A DNA stretch of 64,000 nt from Granulicella sp. (GCA_027339965.1 DAHWNL010000049.1:30542-94541); one strand, 5' to 3'. Counted from the stretch's first letter, positions 42,298-53,605 are shown. Numbers and translations: made by a program. Notes: generated by a model not told the origin, from the letters alone.

Positions 42298-43203
42298 ATG
42301 CATACTGGGTCTTCGCCCTGCGTCCTGACCGAGCTGCCACCTGCAGCGGTTCATCCATCATTCACTCGACGCCAGTTTCTAGGATCTGGTCTAGCCGCCG
42401 GACTCGGTCTGGCCGCCTACTCTGGAATCTATGCACGCCATGATTTCGAGGTAACCCAACAGACCATTCCGATTCGCAATCTTCCTGACAGCTTCGAAAA
42501 CTTTCATATCGTCCAGATCAGCGATATCCACCTGGAGGAGTACACCGAGCCCTATTTCTTAGAAGAGATCGTACGTAAAATCAACAACTTGTCTCCAGAC
42601 CTGGTTTTGATCACAGGCGATTACGTCAGTAACGGTCCACTCCCGGTCACGGTCTCCTGGCGCGCCGCCGGAGTCGCAGCCGAGATCCTGTCGAAGCTTC
42701 GGGCTCCGCAACGCTTCGGCATCCTTGGCAACCATGACGTTGCTGTCGGGGCTGCTCAGGTGATCTCACCGCTTGAGGCCCACGGCACCCCCGTCCTGGT
42801 GGATCGCCATATCCCGGTGGAACGCGGGAGCGACCGCTTGTGGATCTGTGGTTGCAGCGACGCCGCAACGCAGGTTCCCGACTTAAACTCCGCCATTCCG
42901 GCCCGCCCCAAAGCGCCAGTGCTCTTCCTGTGCCACGAGCCGGATTATGTCGAGAAGGTCGTTCTGCATCCTCGATTTCCGCTCATTGATCTCATGCTCT
43001 CCGGCCACTCTCACGGAGGCCAGATCCGCCTGCCCTTTGTGGGTCCTCTTATCCTGCCCCCGATGGGAGAAAAATATGTTGAGGGCTCCTATCGACTTCA
43101 GCAGATGCAACTCTATGTCAATCGCGGTCTTGGAACGGTGGGTCTACCCCTGCGATTCAACTGCCCGCCTGAACTTACTCACCTCACCCTCGTCCGCGCT
43201 TAG
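42298..43203 (+). CDS. Metallophosphoesterase (YkuE/YaeI-like), Tat-like N-terminus
   Basis: SDIH, TGD, GNHD, HEPD, SGHSHGGQ, NRGLG; TRRQFL. Confidence 0.93.
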   Translation: MHTGSSPCVLTELPPAAVHPSFTRRQFLGSGLAAGLGLAAYSGIYARHDFEVTQQTIPIRNLPDSFENFHIVQISDIHLEEYTEPYFLEEIVRKINNLSPDLVLITGDYVSNGPLPVTVSWRAAGVAAEILSKLRAPQRFGILGNHDVAVGAAQVISPLEAHGTPVLVDRHIPVERGSDRLWICGCSDAATQVPDLNSAIPARPKAPVLFLCHEPDYVEKVVLHPRFPLIDLMLSGHSHGGQIRLPFVGPLILPPMGEKYVEGSYRLQQMQLYVNRGLGTVGLPLRFNCPPELTHLTLVRA

Positions 43204-43487
43204 AACGATTCCAGAATGGGTGTATCCGTCCTCCGGCTAATACACCGGCAGGATCGGGGCAGCGACGGACAGGGGGCAGCGGCCTGGCCAGCGCTCAAAA
43301 CGAGTGCATCCGTTCTCAGGTCTCAGGCCGCTTTGAAACCGCTAATGGGGCCGCATCGTGCGGCTGACACCAAGCGCGTCACAAGGCTACACCGGGCGTC
43401 TCTGTCCCTGACCTGGAAGGAGTGCGGGCAAGCCGCGCTACGCCGCTTCCAACCGAAACCGGCTCAGGCAGAGAAGCCTAACGGTCC

Positions 43488-43508
43488 AAGCCGGCAAAAA
43501 GCCGGCTT
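43488..43508 (-). terminator. Hairpin immediately after the HTH gene stop
   Basis: AAGCCGGC-AAAAA-GCCGGCTT, 8-bp stem; no clear U-tract. Confidence 0.5.
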
Positions 43509-43765
43509 CAGCGCGCGCTGGCCACCGGCTTCTTCTTTCCTGGTTCGGCCGCTTCTTTTGGCGCTACACCGCTCTGTACGTCCATCCAGTGGTCCAACAC
43601 GCTTTTGCGAAACCGCCATCGATTCCCCAGCTTGAATGCCGGTACGAACCCCTCCGATGCGTAACGATAGAGCGTATCTCCGCTGATCCCCAGATACTCC
43701 GACGCCTGTCGGATATCCATCACTTCGCGGAGCACGGGCTGTGCTTGTGCTATTCCGGTTGCCAT
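43508..43765 (-). CDS. Helix-turn-helix DNA-binding protein (excisionase/HTH_17-like); start ATG 43765 or upstream
   Basis: VMDIRQASEYLGISGDTLYRYASEGFVPAFKLGNRWRF. Confidence 0.85.
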   Translation of the reverse strand: MATGIAQAQPVLREVMDIRQASEYLGISGDTLYRYASEGFVPAFKLGNRWRFRKSVLDHWMDVQSGVAPKEAAEPGKKKPVASAR

Positions 43766-44014
43766 CAACTTCTCCAATCTTGGGGAATTCTCCCGGATCT
43801 TCAGGCTCAACCCTCGTTCTACCTGTTTTTCCACAGGTAGACAAGCGGCTATTTCGGCAAGGAGCGTCTTCCTGGTCACTGCCAAGCGACTGCAAGAAGT
43901 TAATAACTTACTTGAATAAACATTTGCAAATATAAGTTATTCTTCAACTTTGATGGCTTCATATGTGCGCCTTCGCTCCTGGGACGAGCTTCGGGGACGG
44001 CTGCAGTCCAATCC

Positions 44015-46579
44015 CTACCGGCCCCGCTTAGGCTCCCACTTCTTTCGTGCCGGGGCCTCAATACTCTCGGTCTTCTCGGCCGGTCTCGTCGATCCTTCGA
44101 TCGAAACCCCTTCCCGACCCGGCAGATTCGAGCCAGGCTGTACAGAACAGGATCGATCAGGCGTCGGAGCGGGCGATGACGTGGCGGCCGAACACGCATC
44201 GGATGCGGCGCTGTTCTGGAGCGCCTTTGGAGTCCACTTCCTGCGGCCGGCAGTGGCTCCGCTCTCACCTGCGGCTGCTCCTGTTTGCAGATCTTCTGTC
44301 GGCGGCGTTGTTGGTGTCGAGTCACTCTTGGAAACAATCGCAATGGAGTCCGCGGTTCCGGCGCCTTCCCTTGCCAACGATGCTGCCGCAACCGGCGTTG
44401 ACTCTCCAGCCGCTTCTGCTCGACCCTCTCCGTCTGGCCGTTGCGGGGCCTGCGCTACGCTGACCGGAGAGATGGGCGGGCCAGCCTCTACCTCCAAACC
44501 CTCCAGCAACACCTCCGCGATGTCTTTGATCCTGATCTCGAGCTCACGCTTTCCCACAATCTCTGCGTTGCCCTCTTTGCCGGTTTCGCTCTCACGTCCT
44601 CCAGGGGCGCTCTGCAGCATGCTCTTGCAGAACGGACAAGCGACCGCCAGGGTAGCCTCCGCTCCGGGCGCGCGCTGTTCCAGTACGCGCTGCGCCTCAC
44701 GGTAACGGTTATGGGAGATTCGCTCTGCCCCGGCCTCCTCTTCTTTCCAGAACTGGGCTCCACCGGCCCCGCAGCAGAACGAGTTCTCCCGGCTCCGCTC
44801 CAACTCCACAAATTCATTGCTGAGCACCCGCAGCAGATGGCGCGGGGCGTCATATACCCCGGCGTGTCTGCCCAGGTAGCACGGATCGTGATAGCTCACC
44901 GCAGCCGCCGTTGGGTGGGGCGCCAACCTGCCTTCAGCCAGCAGAGACTCCAGGTACTCGGTATGATGCATCACCGTGAAGTTGCCGCCCAGTTGCCGGT
45001 ACTCCTTCCCGATGGAATTCATGCAGTGTGGGCAGGTAGCCACAATCAGATGGGGGCGCAGAGCCGTCAGTGTAGCCACATTCTGCTCCGCCAACTGCCG
45101 GTAGAGGTACTCATTGCCGGCCCTCCGGGCGGTGTCGCCTGTACAACACTCTTTCTTTCCCAGAACGGCGAAGTTCACTTGAGCCCGGGTGAGCAACTGC
45201 ACGAAGGCTCGCGCCGTCCTCTGCGACTGCGGATCGTAACTCGCCGCGCAGCCCACCCAGTACAGAACATCCGGGGCGGGGTTGTCTTCCACCGTTGGAA
45301 CCACCAGCCCCTCTGCCCAGGCCATCCGTTGGTCGCGGTTTATTCCCCATGGATTGCCTGTCCGTTCCATTCCTCGAAACGCCATCTGCAACTGGGCCGG
45401 AAAATCTCCCTCCATCATCACTTGCTGACGACGCACGTCGATGATGTCCAACATCTGCTCATTCTGCGTCGGGCACACCTCCATACACGCTCCGCAGGTC
45501 GTGCAGGCCCAGACCGCCTCCGGCGAAAGAGCGAACTCCAGCAGCGCCCGCGGGCTCTCCATCCCCTGCTCGAACTGGCTTCCCTGCCGTGCGAGCGCAT
45601 TCAATTCCATGCGTTTGTTGATCTCCAGCGCCGCCGGACTAAGCGCCTTTCCGGTCGCCGCCGCCGGACACACATCCTGGCAACGATTGCACTGAATGCA
45701 CGCATAGGCATCCAGCAACCTCGGCCAGCTCAGATCCTCCAGACGCCGGGCTCCGAGCTTTGGCTCTTGCCCGGCCCCGTCGGTCTCCAAATTCAGATCG
45801 AGGAGCGGCAAGACGCCCGAGCGATCTTCCCGCGCCACCAGATACTTCAGCGGCGTCATCAGCAGATGGAGATGCTTGGAATAGGGAAAGTACATCAGGA
45901 AGAGCAATACGCTCCCCAGGGCTCCCCAATATCCAAAGATCCGCCACACCATCGCATTCGCTGGAGAAAATGCATGCGATAACAGCGACGCAAAGGGTTG
46001 AAAACCGTCTGGACCTTCCATGGCCAGCCGCGCCCCGGTGCCCATCTCCCGACTGCTGACATGGAACAGGATGAAGCAGGAGACGATCAGTGAATCGCGC
46101 GTGATATACCTTCGGCGAACGTTCTCATGCAGCGAGGTTCGCGGGTTGAAGCGAAAGTCCTTTGCAGAGGGCAGCCAGAAACGCCGAACCACCAGCGCCA
46201 GAACACCCAGCATCACCAGCATGCTGAAGACATCCGCCAATAGGTTGTAAGTTGCCCCAGTCCAGCTTTTCGATGAGATGGTGAACGGGATGTACCCCTC
46301 TACCGCATCCACCAGATTGACCAGTATATAGAAACAGAATCCGTAGAAGATCCATGCATGAAAGAAGCTCACCACCGGCCGCTTCCGAAAGACTCGATTC
46401 TGCGAGACCGTCGTCTTCAGCGCAAACCACAGGCGGCGCGGCAAAGCATTCCAACGCTGTTCCGGATCCTGGCGCCCGGCCCGGATGCGCCGAGAGAGCC
46501 GGTAGAACCCCCTGGCCCCGATACTCCCGGTGAGCGCGGCAAAGAGCAGAAAGAGAACCTTCTGTGTTAAGGGAAGCAT
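44015..46579 (-). CDS. fadF: Membrane-bound Fe-S oxidoreductase (FadF/HdrD-like; probable ETF:quinone link)
   Basis: N-terminal TM domain with SKHLH; two ferredoxin motifs CIQCNRCQDVCP and CTTCGACMEVCP; two CCG domains (ECCTGD, HDPC...FCCGAGG...CPFC). Confidence 0.9.
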   Translation of the reverse strand: MLPLTQKVLFLLFAALTGSIGARGFYRLSRRIRAGRQDPEQRWNALPRRLWFALKTTVSQNRVFRKRPVVSFFHAWIFYGFCFYILVNLVDAVEGYIPFTISSKSWTGATYNLLADVFSMLVMLGVLALVVRRFWLPSAKDFRFNPRTSLHENVRRRYITRDSLIVSCFILFHVSSREMGTGARLAMEGPDGFQPFASLLSHAFSPANAMVWRIFGYWGALGSVLLFLMYFPYSKHLHLLMTPLKYLVAREDRSGVLPLLDLNLETDGAGQEPKLGARRLEDLSWPRLLDAYACIQCNRCQDVCPAAATGKALSPAALEINKRMELNALARQGSQFEQGMESPRALLEFALSPEAVWACTTCGACMEVCPTQNEQMLDIIDVRRQQVMMEGDFPAQLQMAFRGMERTGNPWGINRDQRMAWAEGLVVPTVEDNPAPDVLYWVGCAASYDPQSQRTARAFVQLLTRAQVNFAVLGKKECCTGDTARRAGNEYLYRQLAEQNVATLTALRPHLIVATCPHCMNSIGKEYRQLGGNFTVMHHTEYLESLLAEGRLAPHPTAAAVSYHDPCYLGRHAGVYDAPRHLLRVLSNEFVELERSRENSFCCGAGGAQFWKEEEAGAERISHNRYREAQRVLEQRAPGAEATLAVACPFCKSMLQSAPGGRESETGKEGNAEIVGKRELEIRIKDIAEVLLEGLEVEAGPPISPVSVAQAPQRPDGEGRAEAAGESTPVAAASLAREGAGTADSIAIVSKSDSTPTTPPTEDLQTGAAAGESGATAGRRKWTPKALQNSAASDACSAATSSPAPTPDRSCSVQPGSNLPGREGVSIEGSTRPAEKTESIEAPARKKWEPKRGR

Positions 46580-46648
46580 CTGAAATCACCCAAACTTCAT
46601 CTCGCGTTGCAAGGGAAACCTGCCCATTCGGCTGGCTCCGCTCCGATC

Positions 46649-47629
46649 CTACTTTCGCAACTCGGCGATCACTGCCGGAACAATCTCCTTCACGTCGCCG
46701 ACGATTCCATAGTCGGCAATCTTGAAGATCGGGGCATCCGCATCCTTATTCAGCGCAACAATGCACTTGCTCTTGTTCATCCCCGAGAGATGCTGAACAG
46801 CGCCGGAGATCCCCACCGCAACGTACAACTTCGGCTGCACCGTCTTGCCTGTCTGCCCCACCTGCTCTGAATAGGGTCTCCATCCAGCGTCGACCACCGC
46901 CCGCGTAGCTCCCACGGCAGCTCCCAACTGGTCCGCAAGGCCCTCGACCAGTTCCGCAAATGCCTCTTGCGAGCCCACTCCACGCCCGCCCGAAACTACT
47001 ACGTCGGCTTCGGTGAGAGCAATCCTGCCGGTTTTCTCCTTGATGCTTCCGGTAACCTTCAGGCGTTTCTGTGGAAGTTGAAGGTCCACATCAAACTGTT
47101 CGGCCTGCGTGGTTCCAGCAGCAGCGGCGACAAATGAGCCCGGCTTCACGGTCACCACTACGGCCGGAGCCTGCGTCTCGATGCGTTCGGTCACCCGGGA
47201 TAAAAAGGTGTAATGCTCGGCGCGAAGCACCACACCTCCACCCTCGTCCAACCGTTCGCACTGCAGGCGAATGACATCCTCCAGCAGCGGCGCATCCAGC
47301 TTTACCGCAACCCGAGGGCTATACTCCCGCCCACTTCGGCTGCCGGCGATCAGCACCACCTGCGCCTCGCCCTCCCCGGCAATCTGCGCCACGGCAGAGG
47401 CCCAAACCTCCGCATCATACTGCCCTAGCGCGGGCATGTCTGCCACCAGCACCTGGTCGGCGAGCAGCGCCACTGCCGAAGCCGCCGCTGCCACTCCGCT
47501 GCCCAGCACCAGCGCCGTCACTGCGCCGCAGTTGGGTAACTCGCCCTGCAACTGTCGCGCTGCCTGAGCAAGCTCATAGGCGCTCTTGCTCAAGACTCCA
47601 TTCGACTGCTCCGCCACCATCAGAATCAT
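46649..47629 (-). CDS. etfA: Electron transfer flavoprotein alpha subunit
   Basis: [42 protein letters not shown]. Confidence 0.97.
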   Translation of the reverse strand: MILMVAEQSNGVLSKSAYELAQAARQLQGELPNCGAVTALVLGSGVAAAASAVALLADQVLVADMPALGQYDAEVWASAVAQIAGEGEAQVVLIAGSRSGREYSPRVAVKLDAPLLEDVIRLQCERLDEGGGVVLRAEHYTFLSRVTERIETQAPAVVVTVKPGSFVAAAAGTTQAEQFDVDLQLPQKRLKVTGSIKEKTGRIALTEADVVVSGGRGVGSQEAFAELVEGLADQLGAAVGATRAVVDAGWRPYSEQVGQTGKTVQPKLYVAVGISGAVQHLSGMNKSKCIVALNKDADAPIFKIADYGIVGDVKEIVPAVIAELRK

Positions 47630-48393
47630 GCGACCACCCCAGCTTCTTCCCGCAGCATCTTGACCAACTGAGCCGCTGCCGCCGATGCATCTTTGCCATC
47701 GAGAATCTTCCGCTTCCGTTCCTTCACCTGGATCTCAGATCCCAACACCTTCAACCTGGGCGCAATGCCAAAAGCTTCCAGAGGTTGTCTGCGAATCTCC
47801 TTCTTCTTGGACTTCATGATGTTGGGCAGCGTTGGATAACGGGGCTCATTCAGCCCCTGTTGGGTGGTCACCACCGCAGGCCACTCGATTTCAAAGGTCT
47901 CGCTGCCCTCGTCCACCTCATGTTTGCCCACCAACGTCGAGCCTTTCCTCTCCAACTGGCTGGTCCAGGTGGCCTGCGGCCACTGCAAGCGTTCTGCCGT
48001 AGCCGCGCCCAGAGCCTGGCTGTCCCAGTCCGCCTGTTGACCTCCGCAGAAGATCAAGTCCGCACCCTCGCCACGCGCAACCTGCGCCACCACGGCGCTC
48101 AGCGCGATCGCGTCGAGAAGCTCATTCGTCAACACATGCACTCCGCGATCCGCCCCCATCGCCAGTGCCGTGCGGAGAGACTCCTCGGCTCGCTCCGGTC
48201 CGATAGCCAACGCCACAATCTCAACCGGCGTCTCACCCGGCGCTGCCTCACGCAGGCGCAGCGCCTCTTCCACCCCATACTCGTCCATGGTGTCCATCAC
48301 CAGTTTGCTGCCCTCCAAATCCACCGCACCACCCCGCACCCGGACGCTCTCCTCCGCGTCCAGCACCTGTCGGACCAAGGTTATAATTAGCAT
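47626..48393 (-). CDS. etfB: Electron transfer flavoprotein beta subunit (start moved to ATG 48393)
   Basis: [36 protein letters not shown]. Confidence 0.96.
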   Translation of the reverse strand: MLIITLVRQVLDAEESVRVRGGAVDLEGSKLVMDTMDEYGVEEALRLREAAPGETPVEIVALAIGPERAEESLRTALAMGADRGVHVLTNELLDAIALSAVVAQVARGEGADLIFCGGQQADWDSQALGAATAERLQWPQATWTSQLERKGSTLVGKHEVDEGSETFEIEWPAVVTTQQGLNEPRYPTLPNIMKSKKKEIRRQPLEAFGIAPRLKVLGSEIQVKERKRKILDGKDASAAAAQLVKMLREEAGVVA

Positions 48394-48543
48394 TTGTTTC
48401 GCTCCCTCCCCTGTTCTGTCCCACACCGTACTCCACAACCATGCCATCGCGCGGACTTTCTTCCTACTCCGCTGCCGCGCCGCATGGTTTGCTCTTGGCG
48501 CTTCCGGATGTCCGTCAAAGCCGCCGTTCCGGCTCGACTCGGT

Positions 48544-48572
48544 TCGATGCTTGCTGACGGTCAGCGCATCGA
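48544..48572. promoter_or_regulatory. Inverted repeat in the divergent etfB/acyl-CoA dehydrogenase promoter region; candidate operator
   Basis: TCGATGC-TT-GCTGAC-G-GTCAGC-GCATCGA. Confidence 0.45.
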
Positions 48573-48686
48573 GTCATCATGGGGGACGCGCCGCTGGTTG
48601 CAGAGGTGCGGATTCAACAAGCTCCTGATCTGTTAATTTACCTTCGGGTAGAATAAGCATGCAACTCTTTTCCGGAGATATTCTTC

Positions 48687-49856
48687 ATGGACGCAATCTC
48701 CAACCCAACCGCCCTCCCGGCTCCGCTCTCCAACCTGACCCCCGAGGAACAGCTTCTCCAGGAAACTGTCCGCCGCTTCGCCCGCAACAAGATCGCGCCG
48801 CTGGTCCGGGAGATGGACGAGGCGCAGAAGATGAGCCCTGCCATTATCTCCCAACTCTTTGAACTGGGTCTGATGGGTATCGAGATACCTCAGGAGTATG
48901 GCGGTGTAGGTGCATCCTTTTTCAGCTCCATTCTGGCCGTCGAGGAGGTCTCCGCCGTTGACCCCGCGGTTGGAGTCCTGGTCGATGTCCAGAACACCCT
49001 TACCGTGAATGCGCTTCTGCGTTGGGGCAATCACGATCAGAAGCAGCGTTACCTCCCCCGCATGGCCACGGATACCATCTGCTCCTACGCCCTCAGCGAG
49101 GCCGGCTCCGGCTCTGACGCCTTCGCTCTGACGGCCACGGCCCGCGCCGACGGCGAAGACTATGTCCTCAACGGCCGCAAACTCTGGATATCCAATGCTG
49201 CGGAGGCCGGTCTCTTCATCGTCTTTGCCAACATCAACCCCGGAGCCGGCTACAAGGGCATCACGGCCTTCCTGGTCGAAAGATCCACGCCCGGCTTCTC
49301 CGTCGGCAAAAAAGAAGACAAGTTGGGGATTCGCGCAAGTTCCACCTGCGAACTCCTTCTGGACGACTGCCGCGTTCCGGCTGCTAACATCCTCGGAGAG
49401 CCCGGAATGGGCTACAAGATCGCCATTGAGACGCTCAACGAGGGGCGGATCGGCATCGCAGCGCAACTTCTGGGTCTGGCCACAGGAGCCTGGACACACG
49501 CTCTTCGCTACAGCCAGGAGCGTCGCCAGTTCGGCAAACCCATCTCGGAGTTCCAAGCCGTTCGGTTCGCGCTCGCCGAAATGGCCACCGAAATCGAAGC
49601 CAGCCGCTTGATGGTTTATAACACGGCGCGGCGCAAGCAATCCGGCCTGCCCTTTCTTAAAGAGGCCGCCATGACCAAGTATTTCGTCTCCCGAGTCGCA
49701 GAGCGCGTCGCCAGCAAGGCTGTGGAGATCTTCGGAGGTTATGGCTTTGTCAAGGACTACCCGGTCGAAAAGCTCTATCGCGACGCTAAGATTGGATCCA
49801 TCTACGAAGGCACCTCGAACATGCAACTGGCCACCATTGCCAAGCAGGTGCTGTAG
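48687..49856 (+). CDS. Acyl-CoA dehydrogenase (short/branched-chain type)
   Basis: YALSEAGSGSDA, KLWISN, KLGIRASST, GRIGIAAQ, RQFGKPI, YRDAKIGSIYEGTSNMQ. Confidence 0.96.
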   Translation: MDAISNPTALPAPLSNLTPEEQLLQETVRRFARNKIAPLVREMDEAQKMSPAIISQLFELGLMGIEIPQEYGGVGASFFSSILAVEEVSAVDPAVGVLVDVQNTLTVNALLRWGNHDQKQRYLPRMATDTICSYALSEAGSGSDAFALTATARADGEDYVLNGRKLWISNAAEAGLFIVFANINPGAGYKGITAFLVERSTPGFSVGKKEDKLGIRASSTCELLLDDCRVPAANILGEPGMGYKIAIETLNEGRIGIAAQLLGLATGAWTHALRYSQERRQFGKPISEFQAVRFALAEMATEIEASRLMVYNTARRKQSGLPFLKEAAMTKYFVSRVAERVASKAVEIFGGYGFVKDYPVEKLYRDAKIGSIYEGTSNMQLATIAKQVL

Positions 49857-49915
49857 GGCATTCCGCGCACGCACCGCTCCTCCCCCACGATCGCACCTGT
49901 AGGCGCTGCCGCATG

Positions 49916-51125
<1,210 letters not shown>

Positions 51126-52184
51126 TTACTCGGACTTCAGCGAGGCCATATCGATCGAGAAGCGGTACTTCACGTCCGACCGCAGCAGCCGCTCGTAGGC
51201 TTCGTTGATTTGCTGGATGGGAATCACCTCAACATCGGAGACGATACTGTGTCGGGAGCAGAAGTCAAGCATCTCCTGGGTCTCAGAGATACCGCCAATC
51301 AGTGAACCGGAAAAGCTTCGCCTCCTGAACAGCAGACCAAAGATGTTGATCGGCAGTGGCTGTTCGGGTGCGCCCACCATGGTGAGGTTGCCATCCCGGG
51401 CAAGCAGGTTGATGTAGGCATTCAGATCGTGCGGAGCGGAAACGGTATCCAGAATGAAGTCAAAGCTAGCGGCGCCCTTGGCCATCGCATGGGTATCGTT
51501 GGAGAGGATAACCTCATCGGCTCCCAGGCGCCGTGCGTCTTCGATCTTGCTCGGCGAAGAGGTAAAGACGACCGTATGCGCGCCCAACGCACGGGCGAAC
51601 TTGACGCCCATGTGGCCCAAGCCGCCAAGACCAACTACCCCGACCTTTTTCCCCTTGGTCACGCCCCAGCGGCGCAGGGGCGAATAGGTAGTGATACCTG
51701 CGCAAAGCAGCGGCGCTGCCCCGGCCGGGTCAAGATTCTCCGGGATACGCAGAACAAAGTGTTCCTTGACGACGATGCTGTCTGAGTAGCCGCCGTGCGT
51801 GACCCCACCCAGATGTTTGTCTGGTGAGTTGTAGGTAAAGACTCCGTTGGTGCAGAACTGCTCGAAGCCTGCCCTGCACTCCGGACAGATGCCGTCGGAG
51901 TCGACCATGCAACCCACCGCAGCCAGGTCGCCGATTTTGAACTTCGTCACTGCGGATCCTACCTTGGTGACGCGTCCGACGATCTCATGGCCGGGAACGC
52001 AGGGGTAGACCGTCGGCATCACGCTGCTCCATTGATTACGTGCCTGATGCAGGTCCGAGTGGCAGACGCCGCAAAACAGAATCTCCATCTGCACATCGTC
52101 GACGCCCGGGTCGCGGCGCTCAATGGTCGCGGGTAAAAACGGAGACGTCGAACTGGAGACGGAGTAGGCTTTGGCTGAATACAT
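51126..52184 (-). CDS. NAD(P)-dependent Zn alcohol dehydrogenase (cinnamyl-alcohol/YahK-like)
   Basis: CGVCHSD, GHEIVG, APLLCAGITTYSPL, GLGGLGHMG, DVKYRFSID. Confidence 0.95.
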   Translation of the reverse strand: MYSAKAYSVSSSTSPFLPATIERRDPGVDDVQMEILFCGVCHSDLHQARNQWSSVMPTVYPCVPGHEIVGRVTKVGSAVTKFKIGDLAAVGCMVDSDGICPECRAGFEQFCTNGVFTYNSPDKHLGGVTHGGYSDSIVVKEHFVLRIPENLDPAGAAPLLCAGITTYSPLRRWGVTKGKKVGVVGLGGLGHMGVKFARALGAHTVVFTSSPSKIEDARRLGADEVILSNDTHAMAKGAASFDFILDTVSAPHDLNAYINLLARDGNLTMVGAPEQPLPINIFGLLFRRRSFSGSLIGGISETQEMLDFCSRHSIVSDVEVIPIQQINEAYERLLRSDVKYRFSIDMASLKSE

Positions 52185-52402
52185 CAAATTCACCTCAGTC
52201 GATGAGTCGATTTAGGGAAGGATGCGCAAGCGGCGCTTCCCTCCTCCTGCTGCCAAGAGTACGAAAAGTCGCCTGACGGACGGTATCCCAATCCTGCTTT
52301 TTCCTTGCCTATTTCTGCTGTTTCGCAGAGTTTTATTCACAGACTTGTCCAACTCGACGTAGGCTGAGATCGAGGGGCGGGCGTTATGGAGGACCGACAA
52401 GG

Positions 52403-53470
52403 ATGCGGTTGCAGCAGAACATGAGGGACGGAGAAGCTTCCGCGCGTCTCCGGACCGCGCGCGAGATGCTGGCGCACCAGATTGCGAGCCATTTTGCCGG
52501 CGAGGGAACGTTGCAGACCCCCGTGCCCGGGCTGTCACTTTATCGCCAGTCCACGCCCACAGCCTGCTCCTCGGCCGCTTATGAGCCGCGTCTGGTGGTT
52601 TTTGTGCAAGGCGAGAAGCGGATTCATGCCGGAGCCGTCTCCTATCTCTGCGATGGATCCAACTTTATGATTGCAACCGTTGATCTCCCCGTTCTGAGCC
52701 AGGTCGTCTCAGCCACGCGCGAAAGGCCCATGCTGGGTCTGCTGCTGCGGTTGGAGATGCCTTTGGTGCGCAAAATTCTCGGTGAAGAGGAGTTTTCCTG
52801 GGTGGAAGATCCTGCTAAAGACACGCCGAGAGCTTCGCGCAACGACGCTGCTTCCCCAGATGCTTCCCCAGATGCTTCCCCAGACGCTTCCCAGGGTGCT
52901 GCCGGGACGCATGGCTTGGCTGTGGGCACGACGACGGCGGCGATGCTCGACGCTTGTTCGCGGCTGGTTGATCTGTTGGATTGTGCCCAGGACATCGGTT
53001 TTCTCAGCGGTCTGATCGAACGTGAGATTGTTTATCGCCTGCTGCGCAGTCCGCAGGGAAAGCATCTGCGCGCCATCGCCACGCTGGGTGAGCAGAGCCA
53101 GCGCACCGCCAAAGCGGTGGGATGGCTGCGCAGGAACTACGCCAGACCGCTGCGGGTGGAAGAGCTGGCGGAGATGGCGCAGATGGCTGTCTCTACGCTG
53201 CATCACCACTTCCGCACCCTCACCGCGATGAGTCCGATTCAGTATCAGAAGCAGTTACGCTTGCATGTGGCGCGCGAACGCATGATGAATGAAGGACTGG
53301 ACGCCGCCAGCGCGGCCTTTGAGGTCGGGTACGAAAGCGCCAGCCAGTTCAACCGTGAGTACCGGCGATTCTTCGGCCAGCCGCCCATGCGCGACGTCAA
53401 AGCGCGGTTGATCCGCCCGGCGCTGGAGGAAACTGGCAGCGGGACTGGAGCCCTTGGGGATCGCCGCTGA
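52403..53470 (+). CDS. AraC family transcriptional regulator (YqhC-like); start may be slightly downstream
   Basis: AraC N-terminal domain plus C-terminal STLHHHF...SPIQYQKQLRL...VGYESASQFNREYRRFFG; divergent from adh/AKR. Confidence 0.94.
   Translation: MRLQQNMRDGEASARLRTAREMLAHQIASHFAGEGTLQTPVPGLSLYRQSTPTACSSAAYEPRLVVFVQGEKRIHAGAVSYLCDGSNFMIATVDLPVLSQVVSATRERPMLGLLLRLEMPLVRKILGEEEFSWVEDPAKDTPRASRNDAASPDASPDASPDASQGAAGTHGLAVGTTTAAMLDACSRLVDLLDCAQDIGFLSGLIEREIVYRLLRSPQGKHLRAIATLGEQSQRTAKAVGWLRRNYARPLRVEELAEMAQMAVSTLHHHFRTLTAMSPIQYQKQLRLHVARERMMNEGLDAASAAFEVGYESASQFNREYRRFFGQPPMRDVKARLIRPALEETGSGTGALGDRR
52850..52893 (+). repeat. In-frame 12-bp tandem repeat, (ASPD)n, inside AraC
   Basis: GCTTCCCCAGAT x2, GCTTCCCCAGAC, then a partial copy. 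Confidence 0.9.
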
Positions 53471-53605
53471 GCGCTGGGCATCGTTCCCTTCTCCGTTCGA
53501 GATTTTCTGGCGGCGTCCATGTAACGCCGTGATCTTCGCACCGAGGTGTATCCCCGCGCCGTATCGAGAGCCGGACACATTGACCGTCCGTTTGTTGAGC
53601 AGGGT

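Noticed and set aside
44441..45982. 513-aa plus-strand ORF
   Set aside because: Antisense shadow of the fadF-like gene
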